Made by a program: the position numbers and the translations under genes
Notes under the pieces: model-generated
What the model was told of the DNA's origin: nothing
What the model saw: the letters and a program-made list of their open reading frames with translations, nothing else
Databases searched by the model: none
Part shown: positions 46,801 to 58,690 of the stretch, in pieces
Numbering within the stretch: position 1 is the stretch's first letter
Layout of the letters: each line of letters opens with the position of its first letter
Assembly: GCA_001179505.1 (NCBI GenBank)
Contig: CDMY01000947.1
Span: 62,001 to 126,000, forward strand
From: Vitrella brassicaformis CCMP3155
Lineage: Eukaryota; Protista; Chromerida
DNA length: 64,000 nucleotides
Direction: 5' to 3'

Positions 46801-49323
46801 GCTTATGTGGCTCTTGTGTGCGTTTGAGAGGCGGCGATGCGGCACGCGGAGGGAGCGCGGCGCCGTGGAGCTTTTCGCCACGCTTTGGCATGACCGTCAC
46901 CGGTCGGTGCTTTGCCAGGGAATCTGGGTGCTTCCTGCATGCATGACACAGAAACGGAGTGCCCAGTTGCCGTCTGTGTTGCAATGGTGGTGTCTCACGC
47001 TTGCAGTGGAGACGCGTCATCATCCTTCTGCCGTGATCGCCAGGCCGTTTGTATCCGCGTTGCCGCCCACTTGCGAATGTATTTCAGCCGAGGGCTCGAG
47101 GTGTGATGATGGTCGGACGGCTCTGAAACACCAGTCACAGCCACCTCACAGAAAGGTATGTGTTTGCGCGTGTGCAAAGTCTCTTCATTCGCCGAATGCC
47201 TACTTGAGATGGGAGGAGGCCGAGGGGTCATGGTACTTGACTGCAAGGAAAAGAGCAGTGGATCGCAGATACTGTCGTTACTTCACACTAGGCCTACATG
47301 TGAAGCTGAAGATCCCGGCATTGTGGGAAGCTGCAGCCGGCCACCTGTGGCGTCTCTTTCTGACGCGTCTTGCGGTTCCTCCGCCACGACCGACAGCTCG
47401 TCACCCGGCCGTCTCCGTGTCGGTTCGTCAAGAGGCTGCAGGTCGTCTGGGGAGTAGAAGTTGATGCGACTGTTTGAAATAGGATAGGATGTGTGCATGT
47501 CTGGGCACCGCCACATGTCAATTCTACGTACCTATACGGCCTGTCGGGCAGCACGGGCAGTTCTCGGCCACTGGCCGCGATGACCTGCTCGTTCTCCTCT
47601 CCCCTGTGAGTCATGAGCGGCGTCTCACCCCTGCTTAGTGGCCGCAAGTCGCCCTCACTTATCTCGACGTCAACATCGAGCATCGGCGAGGGCGATGGTG
47701 GCGTGAGGGGCAACGCAGTGGGCGGCCGAATTGGAGAGGGAGAGGAAGCGGGACGGGCCTATCGACGGACAAGACATAGAGGGGTGTGGATGCAGGCGGG
47801 TGTAGATCGACGTGATGGTGTCACGCACCTGTGGCTGTCGCATTCCCGATAGCACAGCGTTTGTGATTTGTGGTGATGGCCGGTATGTCGAGCCCATGGC
47901 GTAGCGGTACCCACGCTTGCCCTTCAAACCCTGCGCGACCGACACATTCAACGACACAAACATCCCTGAACGGGCCCGGCCTTCCCTTTTTGTGCTTTCC
48001 CATCTCACCCTTTGTTTGGGCGAGGCCTTCGGCGGGGTAGTGGGCGAAACAGACTTTGGAGGCCGCCGAAGGCCTTCCCCTTCGTTCCAGGACGAACGGC
48101 AGCCAGGCAGATAGTCCGACGGCGATCGCAGCGGGGCTGTCTCTCTGCTGTCCCTCTGCTTCAGACCATACGCATGGAACAGCCTCCTCGCTCGCTCAAG
48201 CGGCACCTCAAGGGCCGCGTCATCTTCGTGACTTCTTGGCCGCTCCTTTCTTGGCATCTTCCTGCGTGGGTGCTGCTTGTTGCGTGTTGGGGAGCGGGTG
48301 CGCGGGGGCAGGTAAGGAGACGCTGCGGGGGGAGGGGACGACGCACGCTGTTCCATCTCGTCGAGGTTCTTGCCCAGTGCGACGGTGAGCGGGTGGTCCT
48401 CACCGAGTCCCTCCCTGGCCACGTGCCTTCCTTTCTCAAAGAAGAGCGTGGCCTCGCCGTACTGGCCCAGATACTCCTTCTCAACCCCCACATTGTGGTA
48501 GGCGATGGCCATGGTCGTGATGTCGTCCTGGGACGGGGGGATGGACTCCTGCTGCAGGGCTGCCAATCGGTGGCTGGCGATAGTGAGAGCGGTCGACGCG
48601 TGGCGGAGAGCCTTGTCGTGTCTGTGTGAGTGACCAGGCACAGATGATGCAGAAGTCTACCTCTGTCTTCTGTCACGTACTTGTGGAGTTTCGACAGTAT
48701 GGCAGATATGTTGAGATGGGTGCCGGCAAGTGTGCATACATCCGCAGACGACTGCTGCTGAAGGCGAATCGCCTGCCGGAAATACTCGAGACTTGACGAA
48801 TACTTCTTGGACGTTTTGTACAAGCAACCCTGCACATCAGACAGACACAATGCATGACCAAGGGCGTCTTCTGACATTAGTTATTTGGCAACTCACCAGA
48901 TTGTTGAAGGTAATGGCAAGCAGCTTGACGGCGGCGGCTGGGTCCATCGGTTCAGGAGGCGCCTTGGCATTCCACCAGAGGTCGCCCCCCTGCTTGATGA
49001 GGGCAACGGGCGGAGGGGGTGGGGGAGGGGCGCCTGCCTCCGCCAACAGCGTCTCAGCCTGCTTGAGCTTGTTAAAGGCGACATCAAGCTTGCCTGTATT
49101 GAGATGGAAGAAAGGACCACAAGGGGAAAAGAGGCCAGTGTGTGTGCTCGTGTTCGAGAGAACCTTTTCGCAGGAGCTCCATGCCCTTTCTGTTGCAGTC
49201 CAAAACAACACCCTCCAACTGCCAGTGAGGACGCACAAACGTCAGGGTGTCCATTCGTTCTCTGTCCATGATTGTGCGATTGCGCCGTACCTGCCCATTC
49301 GTAAGCCTGTCCCTTCGCCGCAT
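43824..49323 (-). CDS. Large TPR-repeat protein with about 7 IQ-like motifs and acidic low-complexity region; multi-exon
   Basis: TPR-like LAITFNNL|GCLYK...SLEYFRQAI, AGTHLNISAILSKL, AIAYHNVGVEKEYLG; IQ-like AATRIQTAWRSR, AAIEVQRHARGRMAR, VQKHIRGHQAR, AAKKIQAALRVRLAR. Confidence 0.72.
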
Positions 49324-49517
49324 GGTGTTCTCAGTGCAGCAAAACAGGGGGACGCCGCGATTCCAAAACATATTCCAAAACAAATACAACGCGAACTTGA
49401 AGGGACCGAAGGGAATTGAGCTTGCCGATGCGCATGCAGATCGCGGGGGGGGCGAGCTCGCGCCCCCGCCAAGCCGTCAACTTCAAACGTCAATTGGACA
49501 ACTTGAACTTCGACGCA
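49324..49517. promoter_or_regulatory. Putative compact bidirectional promoter (TPR-IQ / DLEC1)
   Basis: 100-200 bp between divergent starts; contains a TTCCAAAACA direct repeat and a GC-rich palindrome. Confidence 0.45.
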
Positions 49518-52500
49518 ATGGGAGCCAGCTTCGTGCGGCCAACGTATGATCACTACCCACAGCCAATGTACATGTATCCTCACCCAGTCCAGCCCATTCA
49601 TGTCCCGACGCTTGTGGTGAGTGCCAGCACCCTGCAGACCACGTGGGGTCTGTGCATGGACACGTCTGTGTGTGTGCGTGCGCTTGCTACAGATTATCCC
49701 CGTCTACGAACGCATCATGTGAGTGAGAAACGGCCGTGCACTGCAGAGGGGTGTTAGAAAGGCACAGAGAGCTTTCTTTGACAACGTGTGCCCAGATACA
49801 GGGAGGTGCCTGTCGTCCGCCGGCGAACCGTCTACCAGCCTAGAATCTTTTGAGAAGGAGATCATCAGGTGAGCGGACGGCCAAGAAGAGCACGGACATC
49901 GGCGTAGTGCCAACCACGTACATGCACTGCACTCTGTCTGTCTGTCTCTCTCTCTCTCTCCTCCCTCTCCCAGATACATTCCCAGATACGAGGTGGAATA
50001 CAGAGACTGGTTTGTCGAGATCGAATACTAGCTCAACATAGTACGCCGCCTGCCCCGTATCAAAAGGGACGGCCTACCATACACATGCGATGCCATGATC
50101 TGCCTTTTCAGATGGGCGCCGACAACGGAGAGATGGAGCCAGCTCGTGGGGATGCCCGTCGGCTGTTCCAGGATGCATTCAAGGAGCTGTACCAGCCGGA
50201 GGATGTGTCAGAGGAGCAGGCCGGTGCGGGCGGGGGAGAGGAAGAGGGGGAGGAAGCCGGGGAAGGGGATGAAGCAGAGGAGGCGGAACAGGACAAGGAG
50301 GAAACCAGGGTGGAGGTCGCCACTTCAGTGGAGGAGACCATGCTACAGGTGAGTCAGCCATGCATCCCCCATTGCACAGTTGCAGCAGATGGTGACCACT
50401 GTGTTGTCCTGACCTCAATCAGGCCGTTCGCGACGAGATGACCGGCACCATTCAGTCCCTGCGCGAGATGGAAGCCATGCTCCACGCCAAGAAGAAAGAA
50501 GCTGACCTAGCCGACCAAGAGACAGACGAGAGAGTGCGAGCAGAAGGTCTCAAGCTCAGAGCACAGTACCCAATCGGCGACGGCGAGTTCACTAGACTCC
50601 TGGATGTGGAGGGGGACAAGGTTGCGGAGAAGAGGCTAATCCTGCCATCAGACGTCATGAGGGACGAGCTGGAGAAGATAGAGATATCCCAGGGAGTTCT
50701 GTGGAAGCACGCCGACTGCCTGCAGAGGGCACGGCCCTCCGAGCCGACCTACCTCAAACCGACGGGATCGATCCTCATTCGCATGCAGGCCAGAAACATA
50801 CGGAAGACGTACGCGTGTAGAGAAGGGACACACACACACGCGCACACACGCATAACGGTCAGACAGATGTGTGTATATGGTTTATCAGCCTCACTGCCGA
50901 GCGGCGAGAGACACTGGCGGCCAACGTGCAAGAGAGGGAAAGACAGCGGGTAAAGATCAAGCCCACGATGCGTCCCGAGGACCTCAAGGCCAACCAGGAC
51001 ATCCTGCGACGGATGAACAAGCGCATCAGTTTCCTCCAGAACCCGCGATACAAGAAGGCCGACGGCCAAGGCAGGTGCCCATTCACCGTGCTGCCGAATG
51101 TTGTGGTAAGAGACACGGTGTCCACGATCACACCCAGTATGGATGGATGTATGTTTGTCATTCTCCAGACGTTCCGGTCTTTCGAGATAGGCGGCGTGTA
51201 TTCGATCCCAGTCAAGTTCATCAACACGTCGGCCGTCGGCAGGCGGCTGCGCGTCATGCCCTCGTCCATGCCCCACTTCACCATCACACCCATCACCTTG
51301 CTCAGACAGCTCAATACCAACACCAACACGCAGAGCTGCGAGGGTGTGGTCGCGCCCGGATTGACCGCTCAGGTCAGTTGACTGAACTCATCGATCCATT
51401 CGTCCAGCCATGCGTGTCCGTGCCTGGTTTGGATGTATGGGTGCAGATAGAGGTGCGTTTCTGCCCGACATCGATAAGGGACATCGACGACCAGCTGACC
51501 ATCCACACGGAGGAGGGGGAGTTTCCTTTGGTTGTCCGAGCAAGGAGACACCTGCCCTTACTCCGGTTCGCCGCAGCTGCTGCTGACGCTGCTGCTGCCG
51601 GCGGTGGTACCTCTGCCAGAGGCGGGTCGGAATGGAATGGCAGCGGCCTCATCGACTGCGGAAACACGCTGGCCGGCACAACGATCAACCACACGTGAGT
51701 GAAGAGATCCTGTTGCATGTCATCCACCTGTGTCTCTTTGTCTTTCTCCAGCTTGACATGCCGCAATTCTGGCGGCACAGCAGACTTCTGTCTCAAGATG
51801 GCGCATGAGATCGGTCAGGGAGATGAGGAAAACGATGATATGGACGAAGAGGCTGAGGGCGAAGATGCGGCGACTCCTCTGGAAGTTGGCGCATTCTCCG
51901 TCACGCCGAGGCGCTTCTCGGTCAAGCGGGACGAACAAGTGACGCTCCACACAACATTCAGGTGGATCAGTGCACAACGAAATCGATCCACCTACAGCAA
52001 CAATACCTGCTAACGTCTGTGAATGTGCGGCACCAGGGGCACTGAGGTCGGTCCATATGAGGAGGTGCTGTATGTAGTGAGTGACGACGGACAGCGGTGG
52101 CAGATTGACATAAGGGCACTGACCGAAGCAATGCGGGTCGAGCTCACACACATGGCCGAAAAACCATGCCTTGGTGAGTGAGAAGTTGGGCAAAGACAGA
52201 CGACAGACAGAGAGGCAGAGACATGACAGTGCTGTGTTCGGGACCGCGATCAGCTTCCTCATTCGCCTCTCATTGGCGCACGCTTGAAGAAGAGGAGGCC
52301 CTGCCAGATGCTGATGAGGGTGGCATGCCCGCCTCCGACGTGCTGGCATGGAGGTCGCTGCCCTGGCAACTGGACTTTCCAAACGTGCGGGTGAGCAGAG
52401 CCTTTCCAACGAGTGGCGTCCACATGTACGTGTCTCTGTCTCCTCAGGTTGGTGCGGCCGACTCCCACGAGATGACTCTTTTCAACGCCGCCTCCCTCCC

Positions 52501-55500
52501 CATATCCCTCAAATGGACGCTGCAATCGCCTCCCGAACACGTCGCGGCTTCCCTTATATCCCCCATGACACTCACCCTCCCAGTCTCCCTCCTCTCCGAG
52601 ATCCAGAAATGGCAGCAGTCGCCCTCCTTGCCATTTGAGATCCTGCCCATGAAGGTGACGCTGCAGCCGGGCGCCAGCCAGACCTTCACATTCAGCTACG
52701 CACCGGAGAGCGATGCCGATGATCGGTCAAGGCCGAAACCGGATCTCGCGGTGGCTCTTCTGCAAGCCGTTGGGATTACAGAGGAGTCTTTGCTGACGCT
52801 GAACGACCTGCTGCATCTGCAGAAGGAGGAGGGGAGATCTGTCGATGGCGGGATACCTCTGTGGGGAACCGATGCGCAAAGAGAAGACGACGGTGACGGT
52901 GATCGTGCCTTATTTGCCTCGTCTCTCACCCTTGTTCGCCTCTCTGGCTCCTCTGCCCGTCCGCTGCTGACCGTCTCGCCGCCCACAATCGAGTTCTTCC
53001 CGCCGGTTTTTCCCTTCATCACCCACACCGCCCACGTCTCCCTCTGCAATCCCTCTGCATACCCAGCAGAAGCCGCGTTCAAATCTGGCGCGATCATCCC
53101 CAACACGGCCGCACAGAGAGACGGCAAGGATGGCAAGCCGATCGTGATCATCCCAGGGCAGGCCACCGACACCCACCCGACACCGCATTTCTTCGCCATC
53201 ATATCGGTGTCGCCATCCCATCTGGTGATCCCGGGTAACGCTACGAGGGAGGTGTGTGTGAGCGTGGCTGCCTACGAGACAGGGGTCTTCTCTGGCGAGC
53301 TGGTGGCTGATGTGAGTGATGGTGGTCAGCCCTTGACTGTGGGTGTCCGAGTTGAGGTTGGGGGTCCTGTGGTTCGAGTCAAGGAGCCGTCAATGCTTAA
53401 CTTTGGCATTGTAGGCAAGCACAGCGAACAGCAAATCGTATTCTCACGGCCTCTGTCTTCTCAGGTGCCGGCTCGTTCGGCCCATCACTGCGCAGTCACT
53501 CTCGACAACCCCACTAAGCTCCCTGCCCTCGCCCGCATCGTGCCTCAGTGCCAAACGTCTCCACCGCCTTTGCCGCCTTTGCCATACACGTCTCATGCGG
53601 CAATTGTCGAGGCTTTTCACGGAGGCGAATGCCACGCTGCCGACGAAACAGACACGGATATCGAGACAGAAGCAGAGGAGGAACAGGGATACCCTGGTGT
53701 GTGTGGGGTGTGCGGATGTGTAGACCGGACAGGGAGAAGACACAAGGTACGTGCGGCAAGAGAGTGGGTTCCGTACGAGACCATCTCTTGTGTTGTGGTG
53801 TGTAGGGTGGTGGTGGTAACGAGCGCGTAAGGGTGTCTCCGTCTTGGGTGATCGTCCCGCCAGAAGGCGAGGCTGTGGTGAATGTCACGCTCATGACACA
53901 CCTCATCGGGCTGTATGCCTCCACTGTCAAGGTAGGGTCACCAGTAGGTTGCTGACGGGTCAGTCACGTGCGTATGTCATTGGTCCCCGTTCAGCTGGAC
54001 TGGTTTGGGATGTCGGATGACGAATCTGATCGCATTGTGCTCGATGTCTTTGCTGACGTACAGCTGCAAAAGTAAACAACCAAGCTCCCAGCCGCCATAC
54101 GCCACCACTCACCACTAGCGCCTCCTACCCATGTGTGCATGCAGGCTGACCAGTTCTCCCGCCTCCCTCTCCCTCCCCGTATGCTACCTCGACCAGCCAT
54201 CCAAACCCCTCACTTTCACACTCACCAACCACTCCGACCTCCCAGCATCCTTCCAATGGCAGTGCCCAGGCATCAACAAGGAGGGCCAATTCGACTGCGA
54301 CGACGTCCCCACCGATCCGAGCACTGACGGCCTGGCGGTGCAGATCGTGCCTGCCTCCGGGCAGGTGCGAGGACGGGAGAGCATCGAAGTGAAGGCCGTG
54401 GTCATGGGCAGAGTGGTGGGCCCGATGGTCGGGGGGCTTTGTCGCTGTCTTGTTGAAGGCCTCGTCAGGCCATTCTGGATGAAAGTAAGGACGACAAGAA
54501 GGACGGGCACAGCTGTTTAGACACACATCCGAAGATTCCTCTTCTGTTCGCCCGGTCAGGTGTCTTCCCCATGTCGTGGGCTAGAAGTCCATTATCGCAT
54601 TGTGCCCCTCCCCACATTCACAGCCCTCCTCAACGAGATCGCGCAGCAGTCGCAGGCAAGGGCAGCCAGCCAGGCGTCCAGAGTCACAACCAAGTCTAGA
54701 CGGACAACCGCCGGCACGAGACGCACGCCCTCACGCACCCCCTCGCCCACGCCCCCATCCAGTCGATCACCCAGCCCGACGAGCTATGCCTTATCGGCCG
54801 TGTCATTGGCCAACGAGAAGATTGGGGAAGGTGGCGTGGTGGGCGACGAGACGGCGAAGCTGGTTGACTTCGGTACCTTAGACATGCTGCCTGCCGAAGG
54901 CAGCGGTGAGCACAAGAAGACAATGGTGCTGGTCTTCACCAATCGCTCGGGCATCCCAGCTACACTCAAGGTACACACACATCTATGCGAGACTGAAAGC
55001 CCGGGAGAAGAAGAGAATTCCGCGTGTGTATGTCTCAGCTGAATATGCGAACATACTCGGCTCCGGGCGGCCCTCCGCCGCCCCTCGGCCAGCCTGCAAC
55101 GTCTCCCGTGTCTATCTCCCCCTTCTCGACCTCTAATGCTCCGTCAGCAGTGGCGCCGACACGAACGGGGGCGCCCTCACAGAGGAGTGGTGGCACATGG
55201 CGATCAACAGTGGCGGGGAGGGGAGCACCCAAACAGGCAACTGCTGGTGGGTGATGTGACAAGGCCGAAGAATGGACGACACGCAATGTGTCTTTGTGCC
55301 GCAGTGAAATTGTTGTCGAGCGGACACGAGATGTTCTCCTTCTCCTCACCTGAAGGGCGGGTGAGTCAGGCACACACAAGCGGAGCAGACACCGCAAGGG
55401 CCTCCTGCTTATTGTCCTGCTGATTATTGGTGCGTTTGTTGGTTATGTCAGCGTCACCGTGAGCACCAATACGCGGAGGATGAGCGCCGCAGCGCCCTGC

Positions 55501-58135
55501 AGGACGGCCGGGGCTTCGCCGTCAGACTCACACCGAACGACGCACTGCTGCAGCCCTTCGAGACGCTCCACGTGGTGGCCGACTGCTTTGCTGGTATAAC
55601 TGGACACACACAGATGCCTTCACAGGTCGCATTTATGCATTGTCTCTATGCTGTGCCTGCGCAGATATCCCTGGTGTTTTGTCTGACGACATTATGGTGT
55701 CTCTCGTGCGGCCGTCACGAGGCGCCTACAACGACAAGACAGAGGAGGGGTGGTGTATGCCAGTGAGGTCTGAGGCCATCGGCAAGCCGCTTCTCTTCGC
55801 CCCACAGCAAGTGAGCACACCACAAAGATAGAGAGAGAGAGAGAGAGAGACGGAGATGCGTACACACATGTCCGGTCGTTTGGCGTGGGCAGGTGGGCGT
55901 CAACCTGTCGTCTCTAATGCCTTCGCTCGACTGCGGCATAGTAGTGAAGCAGAACGACGTGCATGCGCCAGCCAAGAAGAAGAAAGCTGTTGCTGCCTCC
56001 GTGGAAAGCGATATTCCCGAGCTGGTGCATGATCCCTCTGCAGGACGCTCCACTTACACACTCAAAGTGAGCGAGACACATACAACACATATGTGTCCCA
56101 CTCCCGAATGCACACGCAGGTCCAGAACGCCTCCTGTCGGCCGATGAGCGTCGCGTGGCAGCTCTTTGACCTCCTCTCCTTCAACGACCCCTCCCTTCGC
56201 AGATCGCCCATCACCCTCTCCATCAACACCGACGGCGAAACTCCCTCTCTCACCTTCGAGGCCAACCCGCCAGACATGGAAGCACCACCCACACCGCTGC
56301 CCTTCTCCATCTACCCTGTCAGCCAGACTATCATGGCCAAGGCCACGGAGACATTCTACGTCTCATTCGACGGCACCAAATGCGCGGCTGGCAGCCATGG
56401 GGTCCGGGCGATCGCCAAGACCGAGTGGGCGGCTGTGAAGAAGAGGAGGCCGACAACGACCCAACAGGCGGCGATTGAGGTGGTCGACACAGAAGCCGGA
56501 GGAGAACGCCCCAACAATGGCGTGCGCGAGGTGCGCTCTCTGCCACCGATGCAAGACGGAAATGACGACTCTGATGACGAGCGAGACCACCATGAACAAA
56601 TGCAAATCGACGACGAAGAGCAAGAGCACGCAGCACAACCAAACAACCAGGATCAGCATCCTGACACGGCCACCAGCCCGGAGCCGCCCCCCTCTCTCCC
56701 CCTCCCCCCTCCCCCTCTGCTGTCGATCGACCTTCTGGCCAGCGTGGAGACACCTCGCCTGGTCATCGACAAGAAGCACGACAAGACCACCGGAGAGCCC
56801 ACAGTCAAGTTCCAGATATCAACCGTCGATATGCTCATGGCACTGCGGCGGAGGAAGAGGGGAATGTCAGGGAATGAAGACGTCACCATGGGTGCGGGTG
56901 AGGTGCTGATGAGTTTGTTAGAGGCTGTAAAGGACGGCGAGAGGCTGGACGGCAAGCATCCGCTGACCACGGCCGCACTTGTGACGAAGAGGTGGGTAGG
57001 GATGGAGGGTTGCATGGGTCCAAAGATTATGTGTCATCCCTTCGTTCGCAGGGAAGTGTCTCTGACGAATCCACTTACATGTCCCATCCACTGCCAGCTC
57101 CATGTTGAGGGAAGGTTTCGCCTCGAACACATCTCCATTGGCAGTGTGACGTCCTCATCCGTCAAACTGGAAGACAAACGGACCTCAAAAGTGAGCGACA
57201 AATCTTCACGTGCATGGCATGCATTATAACGTGTGTCTGTTCATGAAGCCGTTCCATTTGCCGGGCCATTCGTCAGTGCACGTCACTGTGGCTTTCCGCC
57301 CGGCCCCGATGCACCACTGGCACCCCCCCACCGACCAGTCAGCCGAGGTGCTCTTCAACGGCACGCTCAAGATACACTTCAACCCTTCCAAAGCCGCGAA
57401 ACAAGTATATAACACCACGAGCACACGCACAATGCACACACTATGCACGTGTGTCTCTGATCAGGTAATCGACCCCCAGACAGTCCGTCTCGTTGGCGTC
57501 GGTCGGCGGCCGTCGGTGTGTGTGCTGACCGAGGACCTCAGCAAGTCCATCCCTTTGTCCAACACGACCGTCGGCTACCGCGCCATGGGCGTTCCCCCGC
57601 CATCAGACCAAGATAAGGGGCGATACCCCTGGGGCAAAGCGGGTGAGTGTGTGGTCGACTTCGGTTTTGTTCATGTGGGCGGCAAAGTGGAGAAACGGAG
57701 GTGGGTAGAGCTGTACAACGCAAACTCTGTGCCCGCGGCATGGTAAACTGCTGATGGCTGGCTCAGCCTGGCTGGGAAAGCAAAACGATAAAGCGCCGAC
57801 AGCAATTGGGTGCGTGTGTCTTCAGGAGGTTGTTCCACGTGGCGAGACAGCACAAACAGATCATCAGCGAGGTCACCAAGACGCTCAAAGTAAGCACACG
57901 GGCAAGCGGGCAAGAGTACGGACAAACAACTGCGCGTCCGTGTGCGTAGGAGAGGGAGGATGAGGGCAGTCAAGACGACCCATCCGTGTTTGTGTTTTCG
58001 CTGACCGAGGGCGTGGTTATCGGTCCGACAAAGCCTCACTGGCCGCTGCCCCTCGGCCCTGCACTGCCAAAGGCCCAGCCACACCCGTCAGACAGCTTGC
58101 TGCTGCCCGCACATATCAACATCACATTCAAGTAG
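49518..58135 (+). CDS. DLEC1: DLEC1/CFAP81-like ciliary protein with multiple ASH/MSP-like beta-sandwich domains; multi-exon (alternative start 49428)
   Basis: ISFLQNPRY...FTVLPNVV|TFRSFEIGGVYSIPVKFIN...RRLRVMP...VAPGLTAQ|IEVRFCP...IDDQLTIHT...FPLVVRAR; LIDCGNTLAG; repeated F-x-N ASH-like starts; stop TAG 58133-58135. Confidence 0.72.
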
Positions 58136-58690
58136 GGGAAACGGGGAGGGAGGGAACCGAGGGACACACCATATGTGCGTGTGTGATATCAGGCCTGTCC
58201 GCAACGTCCTGTACAAGTGTCGCTACCGTGTGTTTGTTCATGGGGGTGTGAGTGTGGACTTTGTCTGCCGCGGGTGCGGCAGCTACGATGAGGAGGACGA
58301 TGCATACGACGCTGACGACGCATGACTGACAGACATGCACGCGTGCATGGACAAAGTATTTGTGGCTCTGTGTGTGCTTCATCGGTCAGTGCATTTGTCA
58401 ATCAACACGTGATGATGGAGATCACACAGGGAGAGGGAGAGGGAGAGCAACCCCCTCTCTAGCTCTCACAGGCACGAAAACACAGACAGACAGACAGACA
58501 GAGAGACAGAGAGACAGTGAAGGGCAAAGAGCCCCTCGGTGTGTGGATGTGTCTGCTGTGTGGCCTCCACGCGCATTCACAAAAATCGCAACCCCCACGC
58601 GTAATTGGGGTGCACCACTAGCAAGCTGCAGAAAACTGTGGGTGGCATCTACAAGTTGTAAACACGAAGTAAATTTGAGTCTCGGGAACA

